The position numbers and the translations under genes are program-made. The notes beneath the pieces were generated by a model. It did not search any database and was not told the origin of the DNA. It worked only from the letters and a program-made list of their open reading frames with translations. This document shows, in pieces, positions 50,701 through 63,724 of a stretch of 64,000 nt of DNA (the first letter of the stretch is position 1; each line of letters starts with the position of its first letter). The stretch comes from Callorhinchus milii (Eukaryota), in the NCBI RefSeq assembly GCF_018977255.1, contig NW_024704742.1, forward strand, positions 12,216,001-12,280,000, given 5' to 3'.

Positions 50701-53617
50701 GACGTTGAAGATGAAATGACAGATCAACGATGCAGAGTGCACAGCTTTGGCAAATGAGAGCTCCAAATAATCAGGTTAACTGATGAGGATAGTTGAGCTA
50801 AGGCATATTCAGGAAGATAGTTAGATGCAGATGTAGTTGGTTGAATTCTTAATCAAATTTCCCTCCTCCCTTCCCAGGAGAATCTCCTGGATGCCCCTCA
50901 GGTTAAAAGATGAATGAATAATATGGCAATATAACCTTCTGATATTTTACTTTTCAAATGGTTCAGTTCATTTAAAATTCAGTTGTGCACTTGTCTGCAG
51001 CATTGCAAAGTGAATAAAAGAAATAATTGTCCTCCACGGTGCATAATACTACCTATGATTTTATGTCAGCAATGTTGATTAATTCAGAGCTTGAAGTAGT
51101 ATGTTTAGTAATGCAGGAACTACAAGATGAACACTCAAACAATATGTGAAAGGTTCCTTTGTGAAATGTGTGAAACATGTGCCTGTTTTATCTGAACTAT
51201 ATTATTGGTCAAGGGAATAAACAAACTAGTTCCTCTGGGAATTTGAACTCAATCTCAGCACTTCAAACTTACCTGTAGCTTTTCATAAAATGTCCCTGTG
51301 TCAAAATGACTTGTTTTAAATTTCAATCTGACTTTTTTCATATGATGACTTCAGTTAAAGGACAAAAGAGTGTAACAGTGAAAAGACTGACATATTTTCT
51401 TGAGAGTTCATAACCTAAGTTCAACTGCATTTGTCGTTAGCTGATTATGAAGGGGAGCTATTTCAATCATACAATATTGTTTTTGTGTCTATTGTATCTG
51501 ACTTTCATTTTTATTTAAATAATCTAAACCAAATATAATGTAACTAAAATGTATTTCCTTTTTAAATCATCTAGTATTTCATAATGACAGGCAAATAGCT
51601 GTCAGGTATTCAATGAGGAGGGTTGGGATGACAGCTGCTAGAAGGCGTTACCTGGAGCTTATCAACAAAAATGCTCATATATCCATGTTTTGGTATTCAG
51701 ACTGATTGATTTGCAGAGAGCTCTGAAGCTCTGCGCTTCCAACTGGAGAAAAACATTGTTCAATGGGTAGAAATGTGTCTGAGCTGTCAGCAGAAAAGTG
51801 GTGGACTGAAGCTGTAGAATTCACCAACTAATGTGAAGAAAATTGCTTTGTGGTTTTGACAAACTGACAAAGTCAATCTATATTTTCTGCACAACTCCTC
51901 AGGCATCAGGAGGGCCTCCAGTACTAAGCTCAAGTGTTGAGTCTAGGCAATATATGTTATTAACTATGTGACAGGGGAGATTATTACAGTTCAAATTTAA
52001 AAATAATAATAATCCTTGCATTTGATATTTTTTGATATTTGCATTTGATATTTTATCACCTCTTTGTTATGCCTCAAAGCGCTTCACAGAATATACTGTA
52101 AAGTGAATATTTGTGAGTGAAAATAAATCAATAATAATAATAAGTTTAAGGGTAGGAATATGACAGTAGTAGGTTTCCCCCTGTTTTGTCTTATGGGCAT
52201 CAAGATCAATAACCCAGCTGAGATCAATTTAGACAGCACAGATCAAGAATTGAATTTGGGAAGTGCCTGGTCTATATGATCCACTACCTCAGACCAGACT
52301 GGGTGCATTTATACAATACAAAATTACATTTGTATAGTGCCTTTCACGTTGGGACTCCCAAGGCCCTGGACAGTCAGGGATTTGGAGTTCATGGAACAAT
52401 AGAGAAAGCTCATTGAATGAATTCCTGATCTTGTGTGGAACCACGGGAGAGGGAAGCAAAGAAAGATCATCAGTCTGGCACTATAACATGCCCACAATGG
52501 GATATAGATGTATTGTGCTCAAGGTTGTTGTAGCGAGTTTTTAAATCAGTACATGTTTATTACACAAAATGAATAGTTTACCTTGGCAACATAAGGAAGA
52601 TTTTCTAACTGTAATAAGTACATTATAGGTCAAGACATACGGAAAGTTTGTGTGCTATTACTCCTTCATTAACTCTCAAAGAACATAACCACGGTATTTG
52701 AATCATAGATCTACTACAATCTGAGCCCTGCCCAGTCTGCTATTTATGACAATAGTCAGGCTAACTGTGTTTGGGACCAGATAATTATTTATTGGGGACA
52801 TATCCTCAATAAATATTTGCCATCATATTTGAATTAGTTTGTGAATGTTGAATGTAAGGAGAATATTTATATTCATATTGATGAATTCATTTTAGAGTGC
52901 CAACAAGTCTATAAATCATTACAATGCACATTTTTAATGCTGACAACAGTCCAACCATTCGGTCCAACCAGTCTGCTGGTGTCTATACTCAAAATGAGCT
53001 TATAAGGGATTATATCAAATGTAAGGATTAATATTCTTATTAAACCCTCTTTCACATCTGCTACTGGTTACCTTAGATTTATGCCTCCTGTTTTAGACTC
53101 ATCAACAAGTGCAAACAACCCATTAATATTCACTTGATTGAATACTTTCAGCATTTTAAGCAACTTAAAATAAGTTGTTTTGTTCCTTCTATTCTCTCCA
53201 CTATTCTCTTCTGGATCCTGGAGAACTTAATATGAAAAAGGCAAGGTGAACCAATATAGAATTAATGACATCACAGGGAATAGTGAATATGTGGACTAGG
53301 GCTGCCCAGGGAACTGGTGGAGGAAGGTTCTGACAGCAAATTCTAAAGGGATTTAGATTCTTATTTGGTAAAGAAATTGATTGAAGGTTATACAAAATCC
53401 TGTAATTTAGTTTCTTTGTCTTTACTTTTTGTTTTATCTCTATGTCTTCCAGAGCTTGCTGTGAGGCAGACCTTTCTAACATCTTGCTTCTCTCTCTGCT
53501 TCTTTCTTCCTGCCCCACTGTTAATTAATTGGGGAAGAGAATGGAGCATCTTTTGTTCAAAGTATTTTTCATTAGCTGCTGTTTACAGGTTGCTTTATCA
53601 CCTAATGTAAAGCTGCC

Positions 53618-53962
53618 TGTAGAATCCTGTAGCTCAGTGGTTAGAGCACTCACCTCGCAAGTGAGAGGACGGGGGTTCAATTCCCAGCAGGGCGAAATGG
53701 TGGGCAAGTTTCCTTACTCCAAATTCTTCTGTTTACCTAGTAGGAAGTCGATTGGCAGATCGCATTTCCATGGAAAATTCCTTAAAAAAAATTAGTGATT
53801 CAATCCACGATTGTTTGTTAGACACTGCTGTGGGCAATTGGCTGCTGCATTTTGCCCACAAAATCTACAGTCAATTCACTTTACAGTATATTCCGTGAAG
53901 CACTTTGAGATGTCTCGAAGACGTGGTAAGGCTCTATATCAAATGGAAGGACTATTATTATT
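53618..53962 (+). mobile_element. tRNA-head SINE
   Basis: Family match. Confidence 0.88.
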
Positions 53963-54375
53963 TATTTATTATAATAGCTCAGAGGATTGCCAGGCCTGCA
54001 TCATTTGATGTGACCAAGAAAGTTTCTGACATACATTTTGTGTGCAAAGCAAGGGGTGAAGGTCGAAAATAGGTTAACTCATTAGCAATCTCCCCTTCCA
54101 AGACCCAGCAATTCCGAAAAGACTGACAAGGTCAGCAGGGTCCGTCCCCCACAACCAAGATTTGCCATCCACTGGGCAAATGAACTGATCAACATCAACC
54201 AAGGTAAAATCCACACCTACAATATAAACCAATGACTGGGACAAATCTATTATGTTATCTGGCAACATGTTGTTCCATTGGAAGCTGCTCTTTGTACATT
54301 GCTGATGATCAAAAATACATGTTATTCGTCTTTTATTTCCATATTAGAAATATTCAGTTTTTCATTTCACTATAT

Positions 54376-54795
54376 CAACAACAACAAGATTCCATTTATA
54401 GAGCGCCTTTCACGTCGGGAGGATGTCCCAAAGCGCTGGACAGTTGGGTCAGGACCCGAGCAGGGGGAAATGGTCAGGGTGAGGGGAGTGAAGGGAGGGG
54501 GCGAGGAGGGGGTAGAGAGTCGAGAGGGGAGCTGAAGGCTCGGTCAAAGAGAAAGGTCTTGAGACCGGCCTTGAAGGAGGAGAGGGAGGAGGCGGCGAAG
54601 GCACTGGGGGATGGAGTTCCAGAGCCTCGGGGCTGAGAGGCTGAAGGCCAGACCACCGATGGTAGGGCGGTTGGGGCGGGGGATGTGGAGCAGACCGGAA
54701 CCAGAGGAACGGAGGGTACGGGCAGGTAGGTAGGGGGATAGTAGGTCGGAGCGGTAGGAGGGAGCAAGGCCGTGAATGGCCTTGTAGGTGAGTAC
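54376..54795 (-). mobile_element. Young L2 3' end
   Basis: Highly similar to 7470-7862. Confidence 0.92.
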
Positions 54796-56469
54796 CTGAG
54801 TGATTTGTTTTATACCTTTTCATTCAGTAATCTTCAATTTACTTTTCTACCAGCAAAGAAGTGAGGAGGTTGCTTAACAACCAAATGTAATTTTTCCTTG
54901 AATGCATCATCTTCATAGCAAAAAAGGATAGATTTATTTTTGCTGAATCTCTGCTGGCTTTCTAATATCCTCGGAGAGTGAAACGAAATGCAGTAGAAAT
55001 GTTTTGCATTACAAAACTGGTTTTGTAAGTCTTTCGACATTCTTCACTTGAGTGACCGATTATTTTTAAGTTCAAATACTTACTCAGTGGAAAATACAAT
55101 ATTAAAAATGATAAAAATAATAATAATTGAATCATAATTCAATTAGCTGAATTTAAAAGAAAATGGATACAAAGAATGCATTGGGTACCACCAATTTGAT
55201 GTGATGCTCTTTGGATATTAAACTTTGATTGCCAACAATGTTTCTTTCAATTAGCATTATAAAGAATTAATTCTGATCTTGAAGATTAAGTGGGCAATTA
55301 ATCCATTTTCAAAACTCAACACTATAGATTCCCTGTTAAAAATATTGCAATGTTTTTACATTAAAATATTTTACATCATAATGCTGTTGTGTACCCCTAG
55401 CACATTGTATCTATCTTTAAATGATTTGTATATATATATTTTTAAATATTATTGGTCTAAAGGCAACATATGTGATTGTGAAAGTCATGTAATGAGAAGA
55501 TTGTGAGCCAATGATTCATAAACAGGGTTTTCATTTATATAACCACAAATTACATATATTTGCACACTTGAGCTGAGAATTTAATTTTCACAATCACATA
55601 TTGGCTTTTGGAGTATCCAAAACCTTTGTATTTCCAGGTCTAGGTGTCAGTTGCCTCAGTTAGTAGCCTTGCCTGGAGGTCAGAAGATTGCGCTTTCAAA
55701 TTACATATTCCAACATCTATCTCTGGGATTTCTATGTGTAGGCGGGATTCATGGAAATTTCATGTCAGGACAAGGGCCCAACGCACTGAACAGTTGAGAC
55801 GTTACACCCGAGCTAGGGGTAGGATTCGGCAGCAGTGGGAGCCCCTGTGGACTGAGGGTGGCGAAAATGACTCAAAGAGGAAGGGCTACCCACTATTGAA
55901 TAGTTGGAACCCATACAATCTCTGTTGACACTGTTCATATAGCGCTTTTCACGAATTCTAGACAACAACAACAAAATTATATTTTATGCCTTTCATGTCG
56001 GGAGGACGTCCCAAGGCACTGGACAGTCTGTGTTTCGGACCCGAGCTGGGGGAGGGTCTCAAAACTCTTCACAGAATATACTATAAAGGGAATTGACTAT
56101 ATTTGTGAGTAAACCGCGCAGACAATTGCGCACAACAGTGTCCCACAGCCTTGATTGAGTGACTAAATTANTTTTTTTATTGAAGGATTATTATCCCCAG
56201 AAAAGCGATCCCCCAATCAACTAATAACCGGGTTCCTACATACTCCTAGGTAAACAGAGGCGTGTGGAGTAAGGAGACTTGCCCACATTTTGCCCTGTTG
56301 GGAAGAGAACACAGTATGATTTACAGTACATCCTGTGAAACGCTTTGAGTCATCTCGCCAAGGACTATATTCAATATTGTTTATCTGTGAACCAATTGAA
56401 AATGGAAAGTGTACAGGGCTTTTTCCTTGGTGGGTCCTGTCATTGATCTCTCCCTCCTTACTCTTTCAG

Positions 56470-56609
56470 CTGATTTTTGCAAATCTGTCGTTGAGACATT
56501 GCAGTCTACACCATCTCTCAACTTCCTGTGGAACACTATCCGTCATCTACTGATGGGAAAGATAGTTTTCACTCCAGATACTCCTGTCACTCGTCGCATT
56601 GTTCAAGAG
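56470..56609 (+). CDS. ABCA-like coding exon 7 (SDFCKSVVETLQSTPSLNFLWNTIRHLLMGKIVFTPDTPVTRRIVQE)
   Basis: ctctttcag acceptor, gtaacc donor. 140 nt, phase 1 to 0. LLMGKI..TPD.P..R motif. Confidence 0.95.
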
Positions 56610-57466
56610 GTAACCCATAACACATCTTTCTGTTGATCCTAGCAATAACTATCTAGCAATGAATAACCACCATTGTCTTAGAGGCAAGGCATCCCTTGTC
56701 TCATGTGCTCATTTAATCCAGGGAAAACATGAACACTTATTCACAAAGTGTGCAAGCTATTAAAGCATGGGGCATGATTTTTGGAAGAATTAAAAAATAT
56801 ATTTTTGAAGAGGAATGTTCTCCCTTTTCTCTTCCCCTCCCCCAACAAACTTGTTCCCACTCACTCTTTTTAAAATGCCTTAAGATGTTTCACTTCGTAA
56901 AAAGCTTTACAGAAATATAACTTGTGGTGGAGGTGGTTGTTGTTGGAATATGGTTCTATATCAGTTTGGTGCCCCCTTCCCAACACGTGTCCCAAATCAT
57001 AAATCTGCTTTTCCAAGCTTAGGGATAAAATATTATTCTTTGTAAACTTGAAATAGTAGTACAGTATATATTACAACAAAGCAACAACAACAACTTGTAT
57101 TTATAAAGCACCCTTTTTATATGGTAGTATCCCGCAGGGCTTCACAGTGGCAGAGTCTGATAATGAGCTAAGGGGAGAAGGGAGTGGGGAGGTGACCATA
57201 ACCATGATCAAAAATGAAAGTTTTTAGGCTTATGTAATCGGCATTATTTATTGTCACATGAACCTGATTTTTTTGTTGAAGAAAACATGCAATCTTTCTC
57301 CAGTGCATTATTACCTTACATATTTACCCGAAGGTATGTGGAGTCAGGATATACGTTTTAAAGATGAGCAAAAAGGCCTTCAAAATTTATTACAAGGCAG
57401 ATTTTGGACATCACTTTTCAATTGCTTGCTTTTTAAAATGATGTTTCCCTTTTCCATTTCTCTAAG

Positions 57467-57574
57467 GCAAACAGTACTTTTCAAGCAATAGGAATCCTGA
57501 AGGAACTTGGAGATTCGTGGGAAGCATGGATTTCGTCGTTCTTGGAAAACAGCACTGCAGTGAATCAATTCCGG
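57467..57574 (+). CDS. ABCA-like coding exon 8 (ANSTFQAIGILKELGDSWEAWISSFLENSTAVNQFR)
   Basis: tctctaag acceptor, gtaagt donor. 108 nt, phase 0 to 0. ANSTF...WE...F.ENS motif. Confidence 0.93.
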
Positions 57575-58891
57575 GTAAGTATCAGATATGGCAAAATGTT
57601 GTTTTAGGTTTTGAACATATTGCATGTTGACAAAACCATGTTCATATATAAAACTGTTTAAATACAGTAGATAAGTTCTTAACTTGCACTTGGCACTCCT
57701 AATTTCTACGCTCGTCAAAGAGTGACCCTGAATATATAAACAATAAGTCTGGACACTCCAATACAACAATAACTTGCATTTATATATTGCCCTTCATGCC
57801 GAATGGCTGAAAGTGTTTCACAGGACTTACTGTAAGGTGTAGTGACTGTATATTTTGTAGGCAAATATGCTAGTTAAAATTGGTTTTAATAATTTAGAGT
57901 TGCTTTTTGCAAGTTGACTACAATAAGATCTGACCTCAAAATAAATTGCAAGTTTTATTACTGAAGTGTTATAGCAGATTATAAAATAGAATAACAATGG
58001 TTGAAATTATGCACATTTAATAGTAATGTGGCAAGCGTTTTAAAGGTCTGCGGCTACAAGTATAATATTTTTAGATAAACATCCATCGCAGTAAAGGTAA
58101 ATGTGTTTTTGGCCACATCAATGGGAACTTGTTACATTGTTATATTTCTATTTGGGATGTTTTAGTTGAAAGTTTCTTTCCAGTAAAATTTAGATTGGCT
58201 TGCTTCAAGGGAAGTGTTGCTCCTCTCTTCCCTCCTTCAAGTCCCGTCTAAAGACCTTCCTCTTCGACCGTGGCTTCAGCTACCCTCTCACCCCTACCCC
58301 ACTGCCCTCCACCACTCCTGACCCCAATTCCCAGCTCGGGTCACAAAATTCCTGACTTTCCAGTGCCCTGGGGCACCTTTCCAATGTGATGGGCACTATA
58401 CAAGTGTAATTTGTTGTTGTTTTTGTTAACCTGAGCTTTGTCACCCTATGCGTTGTTCAGTTCAGTTCACTGTTCACTGTTCAGTTGGCCAGTGGAAATT
58501 GATTGAAGCAAATGATGGTGCAAAATGAATTTTATGCTTAGCAATGATAATATGAATTCCGTTTATCAATGAAGTGCCTCTGAGTCAGAAAGTTGTGGGT
58601 TCAAGCCCAATGGTGAGAATTTAAACTCAAAGCCTAGGCTGACACATAATTTCAGTCCTGGGAAAGTAGTGTATTGTTGGAATGGCCATCCTTTGGATGA
58701 AATATTAAACAGGAGTTTCATTTGCCTATTAAGTGCCTTGGGACATCCTCCCGTTGTGAAAGGCACTATACAAGTGTAATTTGTTGTTCTTAAAGATCCC
58801 ATGGCATTATTCAAGCAGTGAAGAGAGTTTGTATTGTTGTCCTGGCCGATACTTCCCCAAATAAAATTGGTCGTTCACTTCATCGGACAAT

Positions 58892-59203
58892 GTGGAGTCC
58901 TGTAGCTCAGTGGTTAGAGCACTCGCTTTGCAAGTGAGAGACCTGAGTTCAATTCCAGGCAGAGGGCGAAACCTTGGGCAAGTTTCCTTACTCCACACAG
59001 AGCCTAATAATAATCCCTCCAAAACCCAAAACAATAATAAATTGGTCATTTTCAATCTACAACTGTTTGTGGAACATTGCTGTGCGCAATTGGCTGCCGC
59101 GTTCGCCCACAAATATACAGTCAATTCACTTTACAGTGTGTTCTGTGAAGCGCTTTGGGACGTCCTCCCGACGTGAAAAGCGCTATATCAAATGCAAGGA
59201 TTA
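58892..59203 (+). mobile_element. Young full-length tRNA-head SINE
   Basis: Family match. Older copies at 56060-56310(-), 59518-59865(-) and 63385-63695(-). Confidence 0.95.
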
Positions 59204-59914
59204 ATGTGCAGAGATAGCTGTGGCGTTTTCCCACAAAATACATAATCGATGCTTTCAGATGTTTTGGTAACATAATAAAGCACTTCACCAAATGCAAGCA
59301 TGATTATTAACATCATTAACATACTAGCTGTGTTTGCAACTCCAAAATAAATGAAGGTGTGTAACACAATGAAATAATTGTTTTAATGTTTCTGCAAGGT
59401 ACACTCGTTGCATCTGATTACAAGATGATTAAATTGCTTCCTCATTGCAATGCTTTATTAAGTATGCTGTAGGAGTACATTTTCTATAATATTCAGGAAT
59501 CTAAAATGAGAATAAATTATAATAATCTTTGCATTGTATATAGCGCCTTATCAAATCGTTGACGTGTCTTGAAGCACTCAACAGAATATATTGTAAAGTG
59601 AATTGACTGTGTATTGTGGGTGAAACGCAGTAGCCAATTGTGCACAGCAGTGTCCCACAAACAATTGTGGATTGAGAGAACAATTTTTGATTCTTTTTTG
59701 GCGGGGAGGGATTATTATTCCTGGAGAGTGACTAACAATTGGGTTTCTACTTATGGTAAGGTAAACAGAGACGTATGGAGTAAGGAAACCTACCTAAGGT
59801 TTCATCCCGCTCCAGGTCCTCTCACTTACGAGGCAAGCGCGGTAATCACTAAGCTATGGGACTCCAGAAATATATATTTGTCAGTAACACATTGTTTCTT
59901 GTGTTTTGATTCAG

Positions 59915-60100
59915 AAATTATTAACTAATCCTGTGTTTGCTGGAACAATTGATCGACATCTGTCTGGTACTGGTTGGAATGCCAAGCAGCTGGCAAGTTT
60001 TCTCTACTACAAATTACCAAAGAGTCGCCAGAATAGCCTGCCAAATTTCGACCAGAGGGATATCACTGATGTCATCCATATGTTCACACAGTTCCTCGGG
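59915..60100 (+). CDS. ABCA-like coding exon 9 (KLLTNPVFAGTIDRHLSGTGWNAKQLASFLY...MFTQFLG)
   Basis: gattcag acceptor, gtttgt donor. 186 nt, phase 0 to 0. L.NP...L....W.A.....FL pattern. Confidence 0.88.
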
Positions 60101-60739
60101 GTTTGTATAATATATATTCCAATTTCTGGCCTGAATATATCTATTTATTTCTCTCCACTACTGTGATCTTCCTGATTTTTTTTTACTGAGATATAGTACC
60201 TCGCTTAGTTGGATGAAATATCCAAGGATCCTGGCTGCTATTGTCATCGATCATGATCATGAGTAACAGAGGATTCTTATGATGCTCACGAACATGCATC
60301 CATATAGCGCCCTTCACATTGGGTGGACATTCCAAGACGATGGACAGATAAGGGACAACTTGGATGATTTTTTCTTTACTACTCATCTCAAAACAGACTA
60401 GTATCAGATCGGAAAATCCAGTGACGATCAGGATTCAGTCCCAGTCTGCATAGTTCAGCTACCATTTAAAATCCGTATGAGCCATCAGGGTTCATAATAT
60501 CAGTTTTTTATAAGTTTAAATTCTAAAAAGTTTTCAGTATGAACAAGCTGCTGTGAGAAAACTACCAACAATAACACTGAGTTTCGAGATGTAAACATTC
60601 TGTTATTGGTCAACTGTTCTAAGGTTTTTGAACTTGAGGACAGTGATTTGCTTCACCGCATACAGTCATGGTCAACGCAACACAAGGAGGCTACCAAGAC
60701 CCTAGAGACAGTGAATATGAGAGCAGTGAGGATAATCCC

Positions 60740-61125
60740 GTTGTTAAAGGAATGAGCCTATGATTGGACATACTGGGGCTCTTCGGTCTTGAAAGGAAAT
60801 ATTTCAGAGGACACCTTTAGAGGTACAACAAATTTTAAATGAGATTATAAAAGTAAACCCCAAACAATACTTAAGTATCACCAAGAAAATAACACAAGAG
60901 GATATAGGATTGGAACTCAAAAGGGTAATTTGAGGATGGACATCAGGAAATATTTCTTTCCCCAGAGGGTAATTAACGATTGGAAGGGTTGCCAGGAAAG
61001 GTGGTTGAGGACACTGGACTCATTAAAAAAAAACGCCTGGTACTGTGATAGTAGAATTGATGTTCTGCAAGGAAGAGATCAAATGGGCCAAAGTGCCTTC
61101 TTCATCCAAATTGATCTTGTGATAA
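60740..61125 (+). mobile_element. Degenerate CR1 3' fragment
   Basis: LGLFGL..R / R.DIRKYFFPQRVINDW-like remnants. Confidence 0.7.
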
Positions 61126-62048
61126 AAGTAACGTGATAATATTAAAAGCATCCCTACTATGCTTTTACCATTAGTGAATGTTGAATGTGGGTAGCCTGTT
61201 GGTGAGGTGTGCACATTCAATTTGCCATTGTGAGTAAATAGGATATGATGTCATGCCAATTATGTTCCTCACAGTCAGTATGTTGTGAAAGAAAGATGTT
61301 CAGGAAGGATCAGTTATGTTCCCACAGAAAAAGAAAGGGGAAAAGACGTATTTTTTCACAGCTGGCTGACTGGGAGCAGAGATTCACTCACTCAGCTCCT
61401 GTTTCTCACTTACACTGGATGCCAGAGCACCAAGAGGTAGAGTATCCTGGGTGGTCAAGCAGCGGGAAGCTTGCTAGAAAGTGCTCTCAAATATCAAGCT
61501 GTGCAGTTTTAGCTGGTTAAACTCCAGGAGTATCCAAATGTACTCTCTGAGATCCCCAAACTTTGACTCTTCTCAATTTGCACATAATACTCTCTGGGAT
61601 TAGGGAAGGAAGATGTATCCCTTTCGGGAGAGTATGCATTCCATTCTAGACAAGGTGAAATTTCCACATATATATTTGGAACTCAGTCTGGTTTCTTAAG
61701 CTTGGTGATGGGTTTCCCCATGTGTCAGACACCGGACTGACCAATAAAAAAATGGCTGGTTGAAGAACAGCATTTACAGATACCTGAGAGTAGGCTGGAT
61801 GGTCTTTAATGGGTAATTTGGAGGGATCATAAGAGAGAGAGACACGGATGGACAGACACTGAAACCCATGCTGGTTGTGTAAGGCATGTCCAGACAAATC
61901 TAGTCTACGTGTCTTGTTCAGTCACTGCTGTCTGAATGTTGCCATATCTGTTAAATTGTACAAATCTATATGGAGCTTAGTTGTGAATGTATATAATTAC
62001 TAAAGGTGTTTTCAACTCTCAAGACCACATTGGCATTTTCTGTTCCAG

Positions 62049-62254
62049 TGCATCAACTTGGATAGGTTTGAAGCTGCCCCAACTGAAGCAGATCTGGTCA
62101 ACATATCATTTATGCTCTTAGAGAAGAAGAAGTTCTGGGCTGGGATTGTATTCCAGGGGATGGACTCTGAGAAAGATAAGGTACCACCTCACGTTCTCTA
62201 CAAGATCAGAATGGATATCGACGACGTTGAAAATACAGAAGAACTGGAAGAGAG
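62049..62254 (+). CDS. ABCA-like coding exon 10 (CINLDRFE...KFWAGIVF...PPHVLYKIRMDIDDVENTEELEE)
   Basis: tgttccag acceptor, gttggt donor. 206 nt, phase 0 to 2. FWAGIVF and YKIRMDID motifs. Confidence 0.97.
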
Positions 62255-63724
62255 GTTGGTCATGGGAGATTTTGTTTTGGATGTGGTTAAAGAAAAGTGG
62301 AGCACTTAAAAATGGGAAGGTAAATGCATTGTAAGTAATGAGCAAGTCCTGGAAACTGCCCCCAATCAATTCAATAAAGGGAAAGCTGCAGTGTTGTGTA
62401 ATAAAATACATTCAATAGCTTCTCATATTCTCATATTATATAGATTATTCTCTGCTTGTGGGCAAATTTGAGCTTTAGTCGTGTGACCTTAAAATGGGGA
62501 AAAACATATGCTCACAGTGTTGGATTGTAAATTTACACAGAGAGAAAATACAACAGCTATAAATTATCATGTAAATGAAAGAAAGAAAAATCACCTTCTC
62601 TCACCCAGTGTTGGTTGGGTAGCAATAAGCTATAACAGAGTTTTGAACTAGTTTTCTGTTTTATTGTGGCACTGAGAAGATAATATATGAAACTAAATCA
62701 CACTATTAACTGTATGCACTTTGTATAGACTACACTGGGACGTCCTCCTGATGTGAAAGGCGCTCTATAAATGTAATTTTGTTGTTGTTGTATTGTATAG
62801 GGAATCTGGCATTCTGCTCAGCATTGGCATTCTGCAATGCTGAGCAAGAGAAATGTGAGCTTGTTAAAGTCAGCAGTAAAGTTTCCTTTAATCATGCCTT
62901 TTTCTCACTTTCGAAGTGCCTTAACGATTCCCATTAATACCTAAAATATCACTAAAATCACTAATCCAAGCTAATTTTTTCTTCATATTTTACAGTACAG
63001 GTTAATGTTGGTTTACTCCAGAACCACATGCACTAAAAGGAATGTTGACTTTGCAAATTATGTTTTTTTTTAAAAATCTGCCCTTAGGGAGAATTATCAA
63101 CTTAGTATGCAAAGAAATGAAATTAGCATTGATTAAACAAATTATAGTACAATGATGGGAGCGTTCAGTGAGCATTTTTCATGGCCAATATTAATTCCCA
63201 CTGCTCCTGTGTTGAAAAGAAAATAATACACACAACTGGAGGGTGCAGAGGATGACCCTTGACAATACAGTGATCAAATTAATTGCTTTAAAGGAAAGTT
63301 TGTGAGGTGCAGGATATGTTGATTCTGCTACCATCTTATTCTGACATTATATAAATTGGTGTACAAATATAAATAAAATAACTAAATAATCTTTGCATTG
63401 ATATAGTGCTTTTCACTTCTTCTCGACGTCTCAAAGAGCTTCACAGAATAGACTGTAAAGTGAATTGACCGTATATTTGTGGGCGAAGCGCAGCAGCCAA
63501 TTGCGCATAGCAGTGTCCCAAACAGTCGTGGATTGAAAATGACCAATTTATTATTGTTTTGTTTTTTGGAGGCATTATTATTAGGTGCGTGGAGTGAGGA
63601 AACTTGCCTAAGGTTTCGCCCTGTCTGCCTTGAATTGAACCCAGGTGTCTCGCTTGCAAGGCGAGTGCTCTAACCACTGAGCCACAGGACTCCGATTTGG
63701 GAATCGGAGGGAAATAATAAACCT

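Noticed and set aside
56171..56171. Single N
   Set aside because: Assembly ambiguity inside a SINE, not biological.
58892..58975. tRNA-like sequences at SINE heads (also 37882 and 49918, Val-like)
   Set aside because: They continue into the SINE body and tail and lack a proper acceptor stem and terminator. They are SINE heads, not tRNA genes.
62815..62846. 12-bp hairpin TGCTCAGCATTG/CAATGCTGAGCA
   Set aside because: Too short, with no supporting context.
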